64,000 nucleotides of DNA from Parcubacteria group bacterium (GCA_943354475.1 CALRBT010000001.1:23807-87806), one strand, 5' to 3'; shown: positions 7,525 to 17,396, numbered from the stretch's first letter. The notes: generated from the letters alone by a model not told the origin. Made by a program: numbers and translations.

Positions 7525-8463
7525 ATGTTTAAATTGAGCGCGCAGAGAGTACTAAAAGCAGGATTCGTTAACTTTTGGCGAAACGCCTTCGTCTCTGTTT
7601 CAGCAATGCTTGTGATGACCATAACCCTCTTTACGATGGGTTCTCTTATGTTTCTTGGGGCCGTGCTCAACTCCTCACTTCTCCAGATAAAAGAAAAGGT
7701 AGACATCAACATTTACTTTCTTACGAGTGCTTCTGAATCAAGAATTCTCTCACTTAAGGAAACAATCGATGCGCTTCCACAGGTTGAATCCACCACCTAT
7801 CGTTCAAGAGAAGAGGCTCTGGAGAATTTCAAGAAACGTAACCAAGACGATCAGCTCGTTCTCCAAGCACTCGATGAATTAGGGGGCAATCCACTTGAGG
7901 CGGTGCTTAACGTGAGAGCTAAGGACCCATCTCAGTACGAGGCGATTTATAATTTTCTAAAACCATACATTGTCGGCCCAACTAATGCCACTGAAATCCA
8001 GGGTCAAATCATCGAGAAAGCAAACTTTAACCAGAATAAAACATCAATCGAAACACTCACTAAGGTTATCAATTCATCTCGAACGCTCGGTACTGCAATC
8101 TCCATTATCCTTATCATTATCTCAACTCTAATTGCCTTCAACACCATCCGTTTGGCGATTTACAGCAGTAAAGATGAGATTGCTGTTATGAGGCTTGTCG
8201 GTGCCAGCAATATGTTCATTCGCGGGCCGTTCATTGTGGAGGGTTCGATGTACGGACTATTCTCGGCACTTTTTGTCCTCATCATTTTCTACCCATTACT
8301 CTACTGGATTGGTCCATATAGTGCAGGGTTCTTCGGAGGGCTCAACCTCTTTACCTACTATCTTCATAATTTCCTCGAGCTCTTCGTTATCCTCGTAGGT
8401 TCAGGAGTCATCATTGGTGCTATTTCGAGTTTCCTTGCTGTCCGCAAATACCTCTCTGCTTAA
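7525..8463 (+). CDS. ftsX: Cell division permease FtsX
   Basis: N-terminal TM helix, large periplasmic domain, three C-terminal TM helices with the typical FtsX 'AVMRLVGAS' motif region; adjacent to ftsE. Confidence 0.8.
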   Translation: MFKLSAQRVLKAGFVNFWRNAFVSVSAMLVMTITLFTMGSLMFLGAVLNSSLLQIKEKVDINIYFLTSASESRILSLKETIDALPQVESTTYRSREEALENFKKRNQDDQLVLQALDELGGNPLEAVLNVRAKDPSQYEAIYNFLKPYIVGPTNATEIQGQIIEKANFNQNKTSIETLTKVINSSRTLGTAISIILIIISTLIAFNTIRLAIYSSKDEIAVMRLVGASNMFIRGPFIVEGSMYGLFSALFVLIIFYPLLYWIGPYSAGFFGGLNLFTYYLHNFLELFVILVGSGVIIGAISSFLAVRKYLSA

Positions 8464-8634
8464 AACTGGTATAAGCGGCGCACTTTTTTGTCACTACGTT
8501 GTTCATTTTTTTCGCCGTACGTTTAGTACGTCTACAAAAATAAACTTCCTTGTTCCTCTTTCAGCAGAAAGACCTCTTTGTTAAAAGACCTACTTGGTAC
8601 TGGGTCGAGGTGCATCCACTTATACCAGTTTTAA
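8463..8634. repeat. Dispersed intergenic repeat, copy R1 (inside the terminator-like stem aaactggtataag/cttataccagttt)
   Basis: Shares ttgttcattt-ttcgccgtacgtttagtacgtctaca-aaataaacttcc and the 3' module acctac-tgggtcga-tgcatcca with copies at 47997-48119, 51188-51325 and 38475-38614. Confidence 0.75.
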
Positions 8635-8696
8635 CTAGAACTAAGGGTCGAAGTAATATAGATGGTACCCCCGCACGCTTCGCGTGCGGGGGTTGC

Positions 8697-8725
8697 TTGC
8701 CGAGTAACCCAATACCTCTTATAAT
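8697..8725 (+). promoter_or_regulatory. Sigma70-like promoter candidate for pyrG (TTGCCG-17 bp-TATAAT)
   Basis: -35 ttgccg at 8697-8702, 17-bp spacer, -10 tataat at 8720-8725; preceded by a GC hairpin cccccgcacgc-ttc-gcgtgcggggg. Confidence 0.5.
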
Positions 8726-8779
8726 GGTCTGAAGTTCGACAGTCTCTGTTTGGCGGATGCGCTAGTAATTAATTTTTAG

Positions 8780-10438
8780 ATGAAGAAAAAAAATCATAAA
8801 TATATTTTTGTTTTTGGTGGTGTTATGTCGGGCGTCGGCAAAGGGGTTGCCACCTCCTCAATCGGAAGAATTCTCCAAGCCAAAGGTTTCAAAGTAAATC
8901 CAATCAAAGTAGATCCGTATTTAAATGTTGATGCGGGAACCATGAACCCCACTGAGCACGGTGAGGTTTTTGTTTTACGTTCAGGACTTGAGACTGATCA
9001 AGATATGGGTAACTACGAGCGGTTCTTGGGTCTTGATCTCAAGAGTGAGAATTACATGACCTCCGGTATGGTCTACAAGAGTGTGATTGAACGAGAGAGA
9101 AATCTTGGCTATCGAGGCAAGTGTGTCGAGGCGATTCCACATGTCCGTGACGAGATTATCAGTCGTATCGAAAAATCAGCTGACATCAATGGTTCACAGA
9201 TCTCTGTGGTTGAGATTGGTGGAACCATTGGTGATTTTCAGAACGCACTCTTTATCGAAGCCGCTCGTGTGATGAAGATGAGTCACTTTGATGACGTGCT
9301 CTTCGTGATGGTCTCCTACTTACCAATTCCAAACAAGATTGGTGAAATGAAAACCAAGCCAACCCAAAACGCAGTCCGCCAGCTCAACTCATTTGGTATC
9401 CAACCAGACATTATCATTGCTCGCTCGGAGATTCCGCTCGATAAGAAACGTAAAGAGAAAATTGCTATTTCTTGTTCAGTCAGACCAGAGAATGTTATTT
9501 CGGCACCTGACATTGAGAGTATTTACGAAGTACCCCTTAATTTTGAGAAAGATAAATTAGGAGAAATCATTCTCGGATTCCTCAAATTAAAACCGCAAAC
9601 AAAGACAGATCTGGTCGCTTGGAAATCATTCGTCAATAAATTAAAGAATGCCAAAGAGGAGGTGAACATTGCCATTGTCGGTAAGTACTTTGACACAGGG
9701 GATTTTGTTTTATCGGACGCCTACCTTTCGGTGATTGAAGCGGTCAAGTTTTCAGCATTCCACCTCAATCGAAAACCAAAAATCAGTTGGATCAATTCCA
9801 AAGATTTTGAAAACGGTCATTCCAAAGAAATGCTTTTGGGCCTCAAGAAGTATGACGGCATTATTGTTCCAGGAGGATTTGGAGAGAGCGGTGTTGAAGG
9901 CAAGATTAAAGTCATTCAGTACGCACGTGAGCACAAGATTCCATATTTCGGACTTTGCTATGGAATGCAGCTTGCAACTATCGAGTATTCCCGTCACGTC
10001 CTAGGACTCAAAGACGCAAACACGGTTGAGATCAATCCAAATACAACCCACAAGATTATTGACGTAATACCCGACCAGAAGAAATTAATCGCTGAAGGAC
10101 GCTATGGTGGCACGATGCGTTTGGGTGCATATCTTGCGGTTCTCAAGAAAGGGACGATTGCACACAAAGCTTACGGTAAAGACATTGTCGAAGAACGACA
10201 TCGACATCGCTATGAGGTCAACCCAGAATACATTGAAAAATTGGAGGAAAATGGTATGGTATTCTCTGGTTGCTCGCCAGATGGCACCTTGATGGAAATT
10301 GCGGAATTGCCGCAAAATAAGCACCCATTCTTCTTGGGGGTACAATTTCATCCTGAGCTTCAGGCACGGCCACTTACACCACATCCGTTATTTACGGAAT
10401 TTCTCAAAGCAGCGATAGGACACAAGAAAAGGGGATAA
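8780..10438 (+). CDS. pyrG: CTP synthase
   Basis: N-terminal KYIFVFGGVMSGVGKG synthase domain and a C-terminal glutamine amidotransferase domain (GLCYGMQ, HRHRYEVN). Confidence 0.9.
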   Translation: MKKKNHKYIFVFGGVMSGVGKGVATSSIGRILQAKGFKVNPIKVDPYLNVDAGTMNPTEHGEVFVLRSGLETDQDMGNYERFLGLDLKSENYMTSGMVYKSVIERERNLGYRGKCVEAIPHVRDEIISRIEKSADINGSQISVVEIGGTIGDFQNALFIEAARVMKMSHFDDVLFVMVSYLPIPNKIGEMKTKPTQNAVRQLNSFGIQPDIIIARSEIPLDKKRKEKIAISCSVRPENVISAPDIESIYEVPLNFEKDKLGEIILGFLKLKPQTKTDLVAWKSFVNKLKNAKEEVNIAIVGKYFDTGDFVLSDAYLSVIEAVKFSAFHLNRKPKISWINSKDFENGHSKEMLLGLKKYDGIIVPGGFGESGVEGKIKVIQYAREHKIPYFGLCYGMQLATIEYSRHVLGLKDANTVEINPNTTHKIIDVIPDQKKLIAEGRYGGTMRLGAYLAVLKKGTIAHKAYGKDIVEERHRHRYEVNPEYIEKLEENGMVFSGCSPDGTLMEIAELPQNKHPFFLGVQFHPELQARPLTPHPLFTEFLKAAIGHKKRG

Positions 10439-10552
10439 AGAGAGGGTATAGGGTTTAGCTGATAGGGTATAGGTTTAAAATATTTTGGTTTATAGGCTCT
10501 GCTTTTGGTCTCCTTAACCCCTAAAAGCTATCACCTATAACCTAAATTGAAT

Positions 10553-10575
10553 TGCGGGATCGTCTAATGGTAGGA
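10553..10575 (+). pseudogene. tRNA-Gln 5' fragment (23 nt), followed by an unrelated hairpin
   Basis: tgcgggatcgtctaatggtagga is identical to the first 23 nt of the tRNA-Gln at 10649. Confidence 0.5.
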
Positions 10576-10648
10576 ATGAAAAGCAAACTGCTTTGCTTTT
10601 CATCCGATTACGCGAAGCAGTAAATTGTCGTTATTTTGCGAGTAGGGC

Positions 10649-10719
10649 TGCGGGATCGTCTAATGGTAGGACACATCCCTCTGGAGGATGGTATCTAGGT
10701 TCGAGTCCTAGTCCCGCAG
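10649..10719 (+). tRNA. tRNA-Gln (anticodon CTG)
   Basis: Acceptor tgcggga/tcccgca, 3-bp D-stem gtc/gac, anticodon stem catcc/ggatg with loop ctCTGga, T-arm ctagg-ttcgagt-cctag, discriminator G. Confidence 0.8.
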
Positions 10720-10745
10720 CCGTGGTCACAAAATAGACAATAGGT

Positions 10746-10788
10746 CCCTCTGGAGGATGGTATCTAGGTTCGAGTCCTAGTCCCGCAG
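10746..10788 (+). repeat. Direct duplicate of the tRNA-Gln 3' portion (anticodon loop to 3' end, 43 nt), only ~25 bp downstream of the intact gene
   Basis: ccctctggaggatggtatctaggttcgagtcctagtcccgcag is identical to tRNA positions ~31-72. Confidence 0.7.
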
Positions 10789-10871
10789 CCACCATATGCT
10801 AAGTCAGGAGACTGACACGCATAGGCATCTATTCCGAAAATGGCATACCTGCTGAGAGCAGTATTCAAGAC

Positions 10872-10904
10872 AAAAAAGTCGCCCCGAAATAGGCGACTTT
10901 TTTG
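10872..10904. terminator. Bidirectional terminator hairpin
   Basis: aaaaaagtcgcc-ccgaaatag-gcgactttttt. Confidence 0.6.
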
Positions 10905-11120
10905 TTATTCTATCGTTACCTTTTTATCCTTCAAAAATAGTTTGCTTTGTAAGCATCCCAGCAGTTCGCGCTTCTCAATCAGTGTCCCTTCTCTGAGTAA
11001 ATACTTTGTGTAATTTCTCACATCTACATCGATAGCGATTTTATCTTGCTTGTGTCCCAGAACTCCCGATCTAAGTTTGTTGAATAGTCTTATCTCCTTA
11101 TAAAAGCTACACTTGAGTGT

Positions 11121-11696
11121 ATGAGTCTAACGAGCTTGCGAAAAAGGATAATCAATGCAAAAGAAAATGCTCTTTTTTTGAAGAAAGGATGGCATCCTAT
11201 CTACTCAGTAGATACGTCAGCAAAGATTCTCATTATAGGACAAGCCCCTGGGCGCATCGCACAGGAAACAGGTATCCCATGGAATGATAAAAGTGGTGAT
11301 AATTTGCGTGAGTGGCTAGGAATGTCCAGAGAGCAATTTTATGATAAAAAAATGGTGGCACTAGTTCCAATGGATTTCTATTTTCCTGGTAGCCTTGAAC
11401 GAGGCGACGTACCACCAAGAAAGGGTTTTGCTGAGAAATGGCATCCATCTCTTTTAAAGCAAATGCCGGACATAAAGCTCGTAATTCTGATTGGACAATA
11501 TTCTCAAGAGTACTATTTGGGGACAAAGAGAAAAGCAACCTTGACCCAAACTGTTCGCGCGTTCAAAGAATATTTACCAAAATTTGTTCCCTTGGTACAT
11601 CCGTCTCCACGCAACAATATTTGGTTAAAAAAGAACCCTTGGTTTAAAAAGGAAGTTGTTCCAAAACTCCAGAGCTTGATTAGGGGGTTGCTATAA
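11121..11696 (+). CDS. Uracil-DNA glycosylase superfamily protein (family 4/5-like)
   Basis: Motif A IIGQAPG and motif B LVHPSPRN match the UDG-superfamily GxAPG and HPSP(L/R)N signatures. Confidence 0.55.
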   Translation: MSLTSLRKRIINAKENALFLKKGWHPIYSVDTSAKILIIGQAPGRIAQETGIPWNDKSGDNLREWLGMSREQFYDKKMVALVPMDFYFPGSLERGDVPPRKGFAEKWHPSLLKQMPDIKLVILIGQYSQEYYLGTKRKATLTQTVRAFKEYLPKFVPLVHPSPRNNIWLKKNPWFKKEVVPKLQSLIRGLL

Positions 11697-11890
11697 AAAT
11701 GACAAAGTTCCTAAAAGATAGGTCATTGGGGGAATGGAGGCTATGAGTTGAAATTTGAAGATGAATCCCAAATCGATGCAGTGATGAATCTTGTTCGTCA
11801 AAGTTACGAGTTCAATCGGTAGCCTCTGGTTCGAGTTCAGGTTTTACGACAGTCATATGAGAGGTTCTGGCAACCGAGAGTTAATAAATC

Positions 11891-12448
11891 ATGGACTATT
11901 TACAAATAATTACTTTAACTGGAGCGGGGTCTATACTAGGGACACTTATTACCTTGCTAGTTCAGTATTTGCTAAAGAAAGAGGAAGAAAAAGAAAAATT
12001 AATTCTTGAATCCAAGGGAAATATAAAAAGAAATCTATATCTACTCAGAATGGCATATTATGTACGTTATGAGTGTGAAGTGGTTGCTAATTACTATGAA
12101 GCACTGCATTCAGTTACCGAAGAAAAATTTTTCCACGATCAATTATCTGAGCGTGTAAGTAGGTTGCAAGATTACTCTGATAGAATTTATAAAATATACT
12201 CTGATTTACATTTTGATTGCTCAAAAATTGAAAGACACCTTTCTCCTAAAGACATCGTCGAACTTTCAAAAGTTTTTGATATTGATAATTATCAAACTTT
12301 GATAATCAAAGATTCAAACCTTGTAAAAAGCGAGGACGAAGCATCGGCATATAAGAATCAGGCTCTTGAAGCAGTTAAACATCATGTTAATGTTGAAATG
12401 AAAAATCAATTTGATAATTTTTATAAAAGGATTGCGTCTAAATTATAA
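11891..12448 (+). CDS. Hypothetical protein with an N-terminal TM helix
   Basis: 185-aa ORF, no recognisable motif. Confidence 0.4.
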   Translation: MDYLQIITLTGAGSILGTLITLLVQYLLKKEEEKEKLILESKGNIKRNLYLLRMAYYVRYECEVVANYYEALHSVTEEKFFHDQLSERVSRLQDYSDRIYKIYSDLHFDCSKIERHLSPKDIVELSKVFDIDNYQTLIIKDSNLVKSEDEASAYKNQALEAVKHHVNVEMKNQFDNFYKRIASKL

Positions 12449-12615
12449 TAAAGCAATATAAAGGATCAGGTACCTTCGATTTCTAAACTCTGATTTTGTA
12501 TAGATACTGACACGAAGAAAATAGGGCCAAACACAACTTATCTAAATTAAAATGTTAAACTAATCACATAGTTACATACAACTCGCTGTGGCTTTACCTT
12601 GGCGTCAAAAAGTAA

Positions 12616-13062
12616 TTGTTTATAAAATCTATGGAAGCAAAGAATCAAAACAAAACAGTACCAACAAAAGTTTCTGTAAAAAGTTTCCTTGAATCAGAAA
12701 ACTTTTCTCCAGAAGAGAAGAAATCAGCCAAAGTACTCGTTGAGCTTTTCGAAAAAGTGACCAAGAAAAAATGTGTCATGTGGGGCAAGATTTTTGGTTT
12801 TGGACTGTATCACTATAAAGGTAAAAGCAGGGAGGGTGACTGGATGGCCACAGGGTTTGCCTTGCGTAAAAACGCAATCACTATTTACATAATGTGTGGT
12901 TTGGCATATCAAAAAGATCTCCTGAAAGATTTGGGGAAATATAAACTAAGTGGTGGTTCTTGCCTGTACATTAAGAAATTAGAAGATGTAAAGCTAAACA
13001 TCTTGGAGAAAATTGTAAAAACAGGTCTACAAGAATTGAAGAAAAAAAGTAAAGTAAGTTAG
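12616..13062 (+). CDS. DUF1801 (YdhG/YdeI-like) domain protein
   Basis: KVSVKSFLES...VELFEKV...WGKIFGFG resembles the DUF1801 family. Confidence 0.5.
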   Translation: MFIKSMEAKNQNKTVPTKVSVKSFLESENFSPEEKKSAKVLVELFEKVTKKKCVMWGKIFGFGLYHYKGKSREGDWMATGFALRKNAITIYIMCGLAYQKDLLKDLGKYKLSGGSCLYIKKLEDVKLNILEKIVKTGLQELKKKSKVS

Positions 13063-13072
13063 AAAAAATGTT

Positions 13073-13513
13073 ATGAAAAAAGCTTTTGACCCGCGCTTTA
13101 AACCAGATGTAACGCCAAAAGAAATGCTGGAGCTTGGTGTGTTTGGTGGATTATATTTTTCGGATAAGCCAAAAGAATTCCCAAAGGATTGGTGGGGGAA
13201 TGCCAAATTGTCACCAGATGGAAAACGACACAAGGAGCTGAATTATTTTGGCGTAAACGCGAGTCAATCACTTGCAATGTGGCAAGCCAAGGGCTGGATT
13301 CGTCCACAAGACCCACGTGGATGGTTCGAGTGGTACTGCCGATACTATATGGGGCGCAGAACGAGCGATGACGAACGACAAATTAAAAGATGGTTAGCTA
13401 TGCATAGACACTTAACACAAGTTAAAAATAGTTGTCGGGCGGGTGATATTTTTTGCCGTCCTCGTCAAAGACAAGCACTATTACATTGGGCCTATGACTC
13501 GAGAAAGATTTAA
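13073..13513 (+). CDS. Hypothetical protein (Trp/Arg-rich, conserved-looking)
   Basis: 146-aa ORF with GWFEWYCRYYMGRR; no family recognised. Confidence 0.45.
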   Translation: MKKAFDPRFKPDVTPKEMLELGVFGGLYFSDKPKEFPKDWWGNAKLSPDGKRHKELNYFGVNASQSLAMWQAKGWIRPQDPRGWFEWYCRYYMGRRTSDDERQIKRWLAMHRHLTQVKNSCRAGDIFCRPRQRQALLHWAYDSRKI

Positions 13514-13697
13514 TCTGGGAGGCTCCCGCTCGCACCTCCATCCTTACCGTACAATAAAGACTACTTGTTTTGAGAATGAATTTTTGAGCCGGGGTCGACA
13601 AACACGTTCCTGAGTATATACTGTTCGTGGCAGTTCCGATCGTGGAAGTGCGCCGTTAACCATAGCCGATGCCGAGAGCTAGGCGATTGGAGGATAC

Positions 13698-14348
13698 ATG
13701 AACAATAATCTAGCAGACCGTTTGATGCGTACTTTGCGCACAAACGTCGTCATACGTAGCGCCACAGGTCTAAATGACGAAGGGAACCCCATAAGCCTTA
13801 TCGAACTATTGTGCGCGCAATTCCCCAACGAAAAGCGCGACTGCGTGCCGGCACTTTTACATGTGAGATATGGCATAAGGCTGACCCGACACTCTTCCGA
13901 AAAGGATCCCACAGCAGCCGGAGCCACGCATCTGAATTTTCGTTACACTCTGCATCTTCCACAAGACCCCCACGATGTTTCTTCCGACGTGAAAATAAGA
14001 GAGGGCTTGGAAGAAGCACTGGGTAGGTGGTCAGGCGACATGCCGGAGTTCATTCGCCTTTCCACAGTTAAGCATGTGCTTGAGTGGACCACTATGGCAA
14101 AGGACTTCGTTCACATTCATACATACGCGGACGGACGTTCCGTGCGCACATGGGACCAGGTTGGCGCGTCACTTCTGTTTTTGGGAATGGTCGGTAGCCA
14201 CTTGGGGGAGTTTGTTACGGACTGTCGGAATGTGGGGACGTCAACCGACGACCGATACGCAAAAACTCTTTGGAGTCGGGCGCTAGGGATGCACACCAGG
14301 TACGCGGCTTTCCTGCACAAAGTGGCACAAGGAGTTATTCACGTATAA
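13698..14348 (+). CDS. Hypothetical protein on a GC-rich (~52-55%) island
   Basis: 216-aa ORF; GC far above background; flanked by an AT-rich gap and a terminator at 14414-14445. Confidence 0.45.
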   Translation: MNNNLADRLMRTLRTNVVIRSATGLNDEGNPISLIELLCAQFPNEKRDCVPALLHVRYGIRLTRHSSEKDPTAAGATHLNFRYTLHLPQDPHDVSSDVKIREGLEEALGRWSGDMPEFIRLSTVKHVLEWTTMAKDFVHIHTYADGRSVRTWDQVGASLLFLGMVGSHLGEFVTDCRNVGTSTDDRYAKTLWSRALGMHTRYAAFLHKVAQGVIHV

Positions 14349-14413
14349 GGGGGGCAGGTCCCTAACTAAAACTAACAAGTGCTCCTTAGCTACGAAATAG
14401 ATACCCGACTTTT

Positions 14414-14445
14414 GGCCGCCCTCACTAGGCGGCCTCTTCTTTTAT
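14414..14445 (+). terminator. Rho-independent terminator
   Basis: ggccgcc-ctcacta-ggcggcc followed by tcttcttttat. Confidence 0.65.
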
Positions 14446-14659
14446 CAAAAAAACGATAAAGGATAAGGGGATCAGACACCTTTAACCTTTACCGCAAAGA
14501 AAATAAAGATGGTATATTTGTAATGAGAGTAACTATTAAAGATGAAACACTCTATCTGCTCATTCAAGATACTGATTACGGAAAGCATGCGCTTCGAATC
14601 GTGATACCAAGGGCTGGATTACAAGCATTTACTTTTACATTTGGATAAACAAAAAATAT

Positions 14660-15055
14660 ATGAACGACAACATACCTAAAAACGAAGAAGAGTTTAAGAA
14701 GAGGCTAACTCCAGAACAGTATGACGTCTTGCGACAAAAAGGTACGGAGGCCCCTTTCTCAGGAAAGCTTGTTCACCCTGATAAGGACGGTTTCTATAAA
14801 TGTGCTGCGTGTGGGAACCCACTCTTTAAGGCCGAGGCAAAGTTTGATTCTGGCACTGGTTGGCCGAGCTTTGATGAAGCCTTGCCTGGAGCTGTGAAGA
14901 ATATTGAGGACACATCGCATGGAATGAGGAGAACAGAAACCGTGTGTGGCGTCTGCAACTCTCATCTCGGTCACGTATTTGATGACGGCCCGACACAGAC
15001 AGGTAAAAGGTACTGTATGAACTCGGTGTGTTTTGAGGACTTTAGCGACAAATAA
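14660..15055 (+). CDS. msrB: Peptide-methionine (R)-S-oxide reductase MsrB
   Basis: CAACGNPLF and [16 protein letters not shown] zinc/catalytic motifs. Confidence 0.85.
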   Translation: MNDNIPKNEEEFKKRLTPEQYDVLRQKGTEAPFSGKLVHPDKDGFYKCAACGNPLFKAEAKFDSGTGWPSFDEALPGAVKNIEDTSHGMRRTETVCGVCNSHLGHVFDDGPTQTGKRYCMNSVCFEDFSDK

Positions 15056-15057
15056 TT

Positions 15058-15546
15058 ATGAATAAGAAAATAATACTCGCAGGTGGGTGTTTCTGGGGAC
15101 TTGAGGATTTGATCAGGACTCAGCCAGGAGTAGTCGGTACGGAAGTCGGCTATACCGGTGGTAAAAACGATAATCCAACATATGATAACCATCCTGGCCA
15201 CGCTGAAGCTGTGGAGATTGAATACGATCCGACAAAAACGTCCTATAAAAAGCTTCTAGACTTTTTCTTTCAGATTCATAATCCAACTACACTCAATCAA
15301 CAAGGAAATGATCGAGGAACATCTTATCGTTCGGCTGTTTTTTACGGAAATGAGGATGAGAAAAAAGAAGCAGAAGCTTTTATTGAAATTGTGAATAAAT
15401 CAAAACGCTGGAAGGATCCTGTTGTGACAGTGCTTGAACCTCTCGGAATATTTTACAAGGCAGAGGCATACCATCAGGATTATCTTCAGAAAAATCCAAC
15501 AGGCTATACCTGCCACGCTATTTGGTTCGATAGTTATCTGGAGTAA
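15058..15546 (+). CDS. msrA: Peptide-methionine (S)-S-oxide reductase MsrA
   Basis: LAGGCFWG catalytic motif; AEAYHQDYL. Confidence 0.85.
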   Translation: MNKKIILAGGCFWGLEDLIRTQPGVVGTEVGYTGGKNDNPTYDNHPGHAEAVEIEYDPTKTSYKKLLDFFFQIHNPTTLNQQGNDRGTSYRSAVFYGNEDEKKEAEAFIEIVNKSKRWKDPVVTVLEPLGIFYKAEAYHQDYLQKNPTGYTCHAIWFDSYLE

Positions 15547-15638
15547 TGGCGGGTGTAACTCCTAGTTAAAAATATTTTTGATCTTGTATTAGGCAGCCAG
15601 TTCTGGTGTTTTTATGCTTTGTGTTGTAGAGTTTTTGC

Positions 15639-16382
15639 ATGTCTCCGTTACCCGCTAACACCTTTTTTGATATCAACAAGCTTCCTCAGGAGAAGGGGTT
15701 GCTTCTGTTTGGTTTGTCCATGAGTAAGCTCTCCAACAGACAAGATGCCGCCCACTGTATGGAGGATATCCATCATCTTGCAACGGACAAAATAAGTAAG
15801 CCTAATGTGGGTCTTAATTTTATCTACAGCGACTTCCTCTACTTGTATAGCGACAAACCAGCGCCAGAGCTAAAGCATTCCCTCATGAGTCAGGTGATAG
15901 ACCATCGGAACAGTATGCAAAAGCTGATTGAGAAAAATCACATGCAATTCCAAATTCAGCACGGCTTTAACTATATGGTCTGGAACCAACTTTATGTTGG
16001 CACAAAAGATTTCCACCGTCGATTTGAGGACCTTAAAAGGATCTATGCAGAGGATGAGAAATTCCAAAAATACCTTGCTGAGGATTGCGCTACATTTGGA
16101 AAAGAGATGGAAGATAATCAAGTTAACTTCTTTTTAGAAGAGGTGCTTATGATGTATTTGTTGAGCAAGAATCAGATTAAACTGCCAAACGAATATATCG
16201 AAGGTAACCAAAAATGGATCTTGTGGTGTTACCCTGGGCGACCCCTCAAAAGCGAAGTGTATATGCATCAACTCAATCCGTTTAAATTAGACTGGCCAGA
16301 AAACCCCTATCAAAACGCCCAATATGACTTAGAGGCAAAACAGCTTATTGATTTTACCAGAGTAGACTTAGAGACTTATTAG
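15639..16382 (+). CDS. Hypothetical protein
   Basis: 247-aa ORF, no recognisable family. Confidence 0.4.
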   Translation: MSPLPANTFFDINKLPQEKGLLLFGLSMSKLSNRQDAAHCMEDIHHLATDKISKPNVGLNFIYSDFLYLYSDKPAPELKHSLMSQVIDHRNSMQKLIEKNHMQFQIQHGFNYMVWNQLYVGTKDFHRRFEDLKRIYAEDEKFQKYLAEDCATFGKEMEDNQVNFFLEEVLMMYLLSKNQIKLPNEYIEGNQKWILWCYPGRPLKSEVYMHQLNPFKLDWPENPYQNAQYDLEAKQLIDFTRVDLETY

Positions 16383-16393
16383 TTAGTCGAGAC

Positions 16394-16891
16394 CTAAAAC
16401 AATCGGCCAATGATTGATCCGATGGCGATGGCACTACCACCGATGAGTACCATTCGCATCACACTCTTCCACACTCTTGTGCCAGAGATTTTTGCATTAA
16501 TCACTCCGAGTACAAATAAAACGAGTAGGGAAACGATCACTGAACCCCAGAATGCGATGTCTTGTGAAAAAATAATATAGGGAAGTAGGGGAATACATCC
16601 CGACAGGAGGTATGAGATGAACATAATGAGAGCATCAAGGTAAGAGCGATTGGTCGGTTTCTCCACATGATTTTCATATGTTTCTGCCGATGATTCAGAA
16701 AGAAAACTACCAGCCCCCATTGAGATTGCTTCAACAAAAATAAGAATAACTCCTGTGGCCAGTACAGTTTTACTATCAACTCCCGCTATAGTAATACCGG
16801 AGAGAAGCCCAACTGTTGAAACAAGACTATCTTCAACACCAAAAACAAAGTTGCGATAGTATGATGCCTTAGCTATTTTCGATGAAATCAT
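16394..16891 (-). CDS. VIT1/CCC1 family (DUF125) membrane protein, putative iron/manganese transporter
   Basis: GVEDSLVSTVGLLSG motif and five TM helices. Confidence 0.6.
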   Translation of the reverse strand: MISSKIAKASYYRNFVFGVEDSLVSTVGLLSGITIAGVDSKTVLATGVILIFVEAISMGAGSFLSESSAETYENHVEKPTNRSYLDALIMFISYLLSGCIPLLPYIIFSQDIAFWGSVIVSLLVLFVLGVINAKISGTRVWKSVMRMVLIGGSAIAIGSIIGRLF

Positions 16892-16964
16892 AGATTAATT
16901 ATACATCACTATCTAACCAAAAGTATCTTCGCCAGAATTTCCATCATTTAAATTACTTGTTATT

Positions 16965-17396
16965 ATGGGTCGTATGAAAAACTTTCTAAAGACAAAAACT
17001 TGGCCGGTGGTAGCGGGATTACTCGTCGCTTTTATTACCATGACTATTTTTGAATATATCAACTCATTCATCTATCCACTACCTATCGATTTGGACACAA
17101 GGAATCCAGAAGCGGTTTGGGCTTTCACTGCGTCACTTCCGTGGACTGCGTACATACTCGTTTTCTTGGGCTGGATAATTGGAGCATTCAAGGCCGGATG
17201 GGTCACTACGTATCTGACTAAGGAAAAGACCTACAAGCTTTCGTTTATGGTAGGAATCATCCTCACTATTCTTGGAGTCATTAATAACATACTGATCGGA
17301 CACCATCTCCTCTTTAATATAGTAGGGTTGCCAATGTTTATCCTGTTTACCTATCTAGGGCATAAATACCTCTCAAGTAGAACTAGAACTCAGTAG
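16965..17396 (+). CDS. Membrane protein (hypothetical, 4 TM helices)
   Basis: 143-aa hydrophobic ORF. Confidence 0.45.
   Translation: MGRMKNFLKTKTWPVVAGLLVAFITMTIFEYINSFIYPLPIDLDTRNPEAVWAFTASLPWTAYILVFLGWIIGAFKAGWVTTYLTKEKTYKLSFMVGIILTILGVINNILIGHHLLFNIVGLPMFILFTYLGHKYLSSRTRTQ

Noticed and set aside
8550-8732. 60-aa ORF 8550-8732
   Set aside because: It spans the dispersed repeat R1, a GC hairpin and the pyrG promoter. It probably reflects the repeat's internal reading frame rather than a gene.
10553-10788. Possibility of three tRNA-Gln genes
   Set aside because: Only the middle copy (10649-10719) folds into a complete cloverleaf. The first has just 23 nt of the 5' end and the third just the 3' 43 nt.
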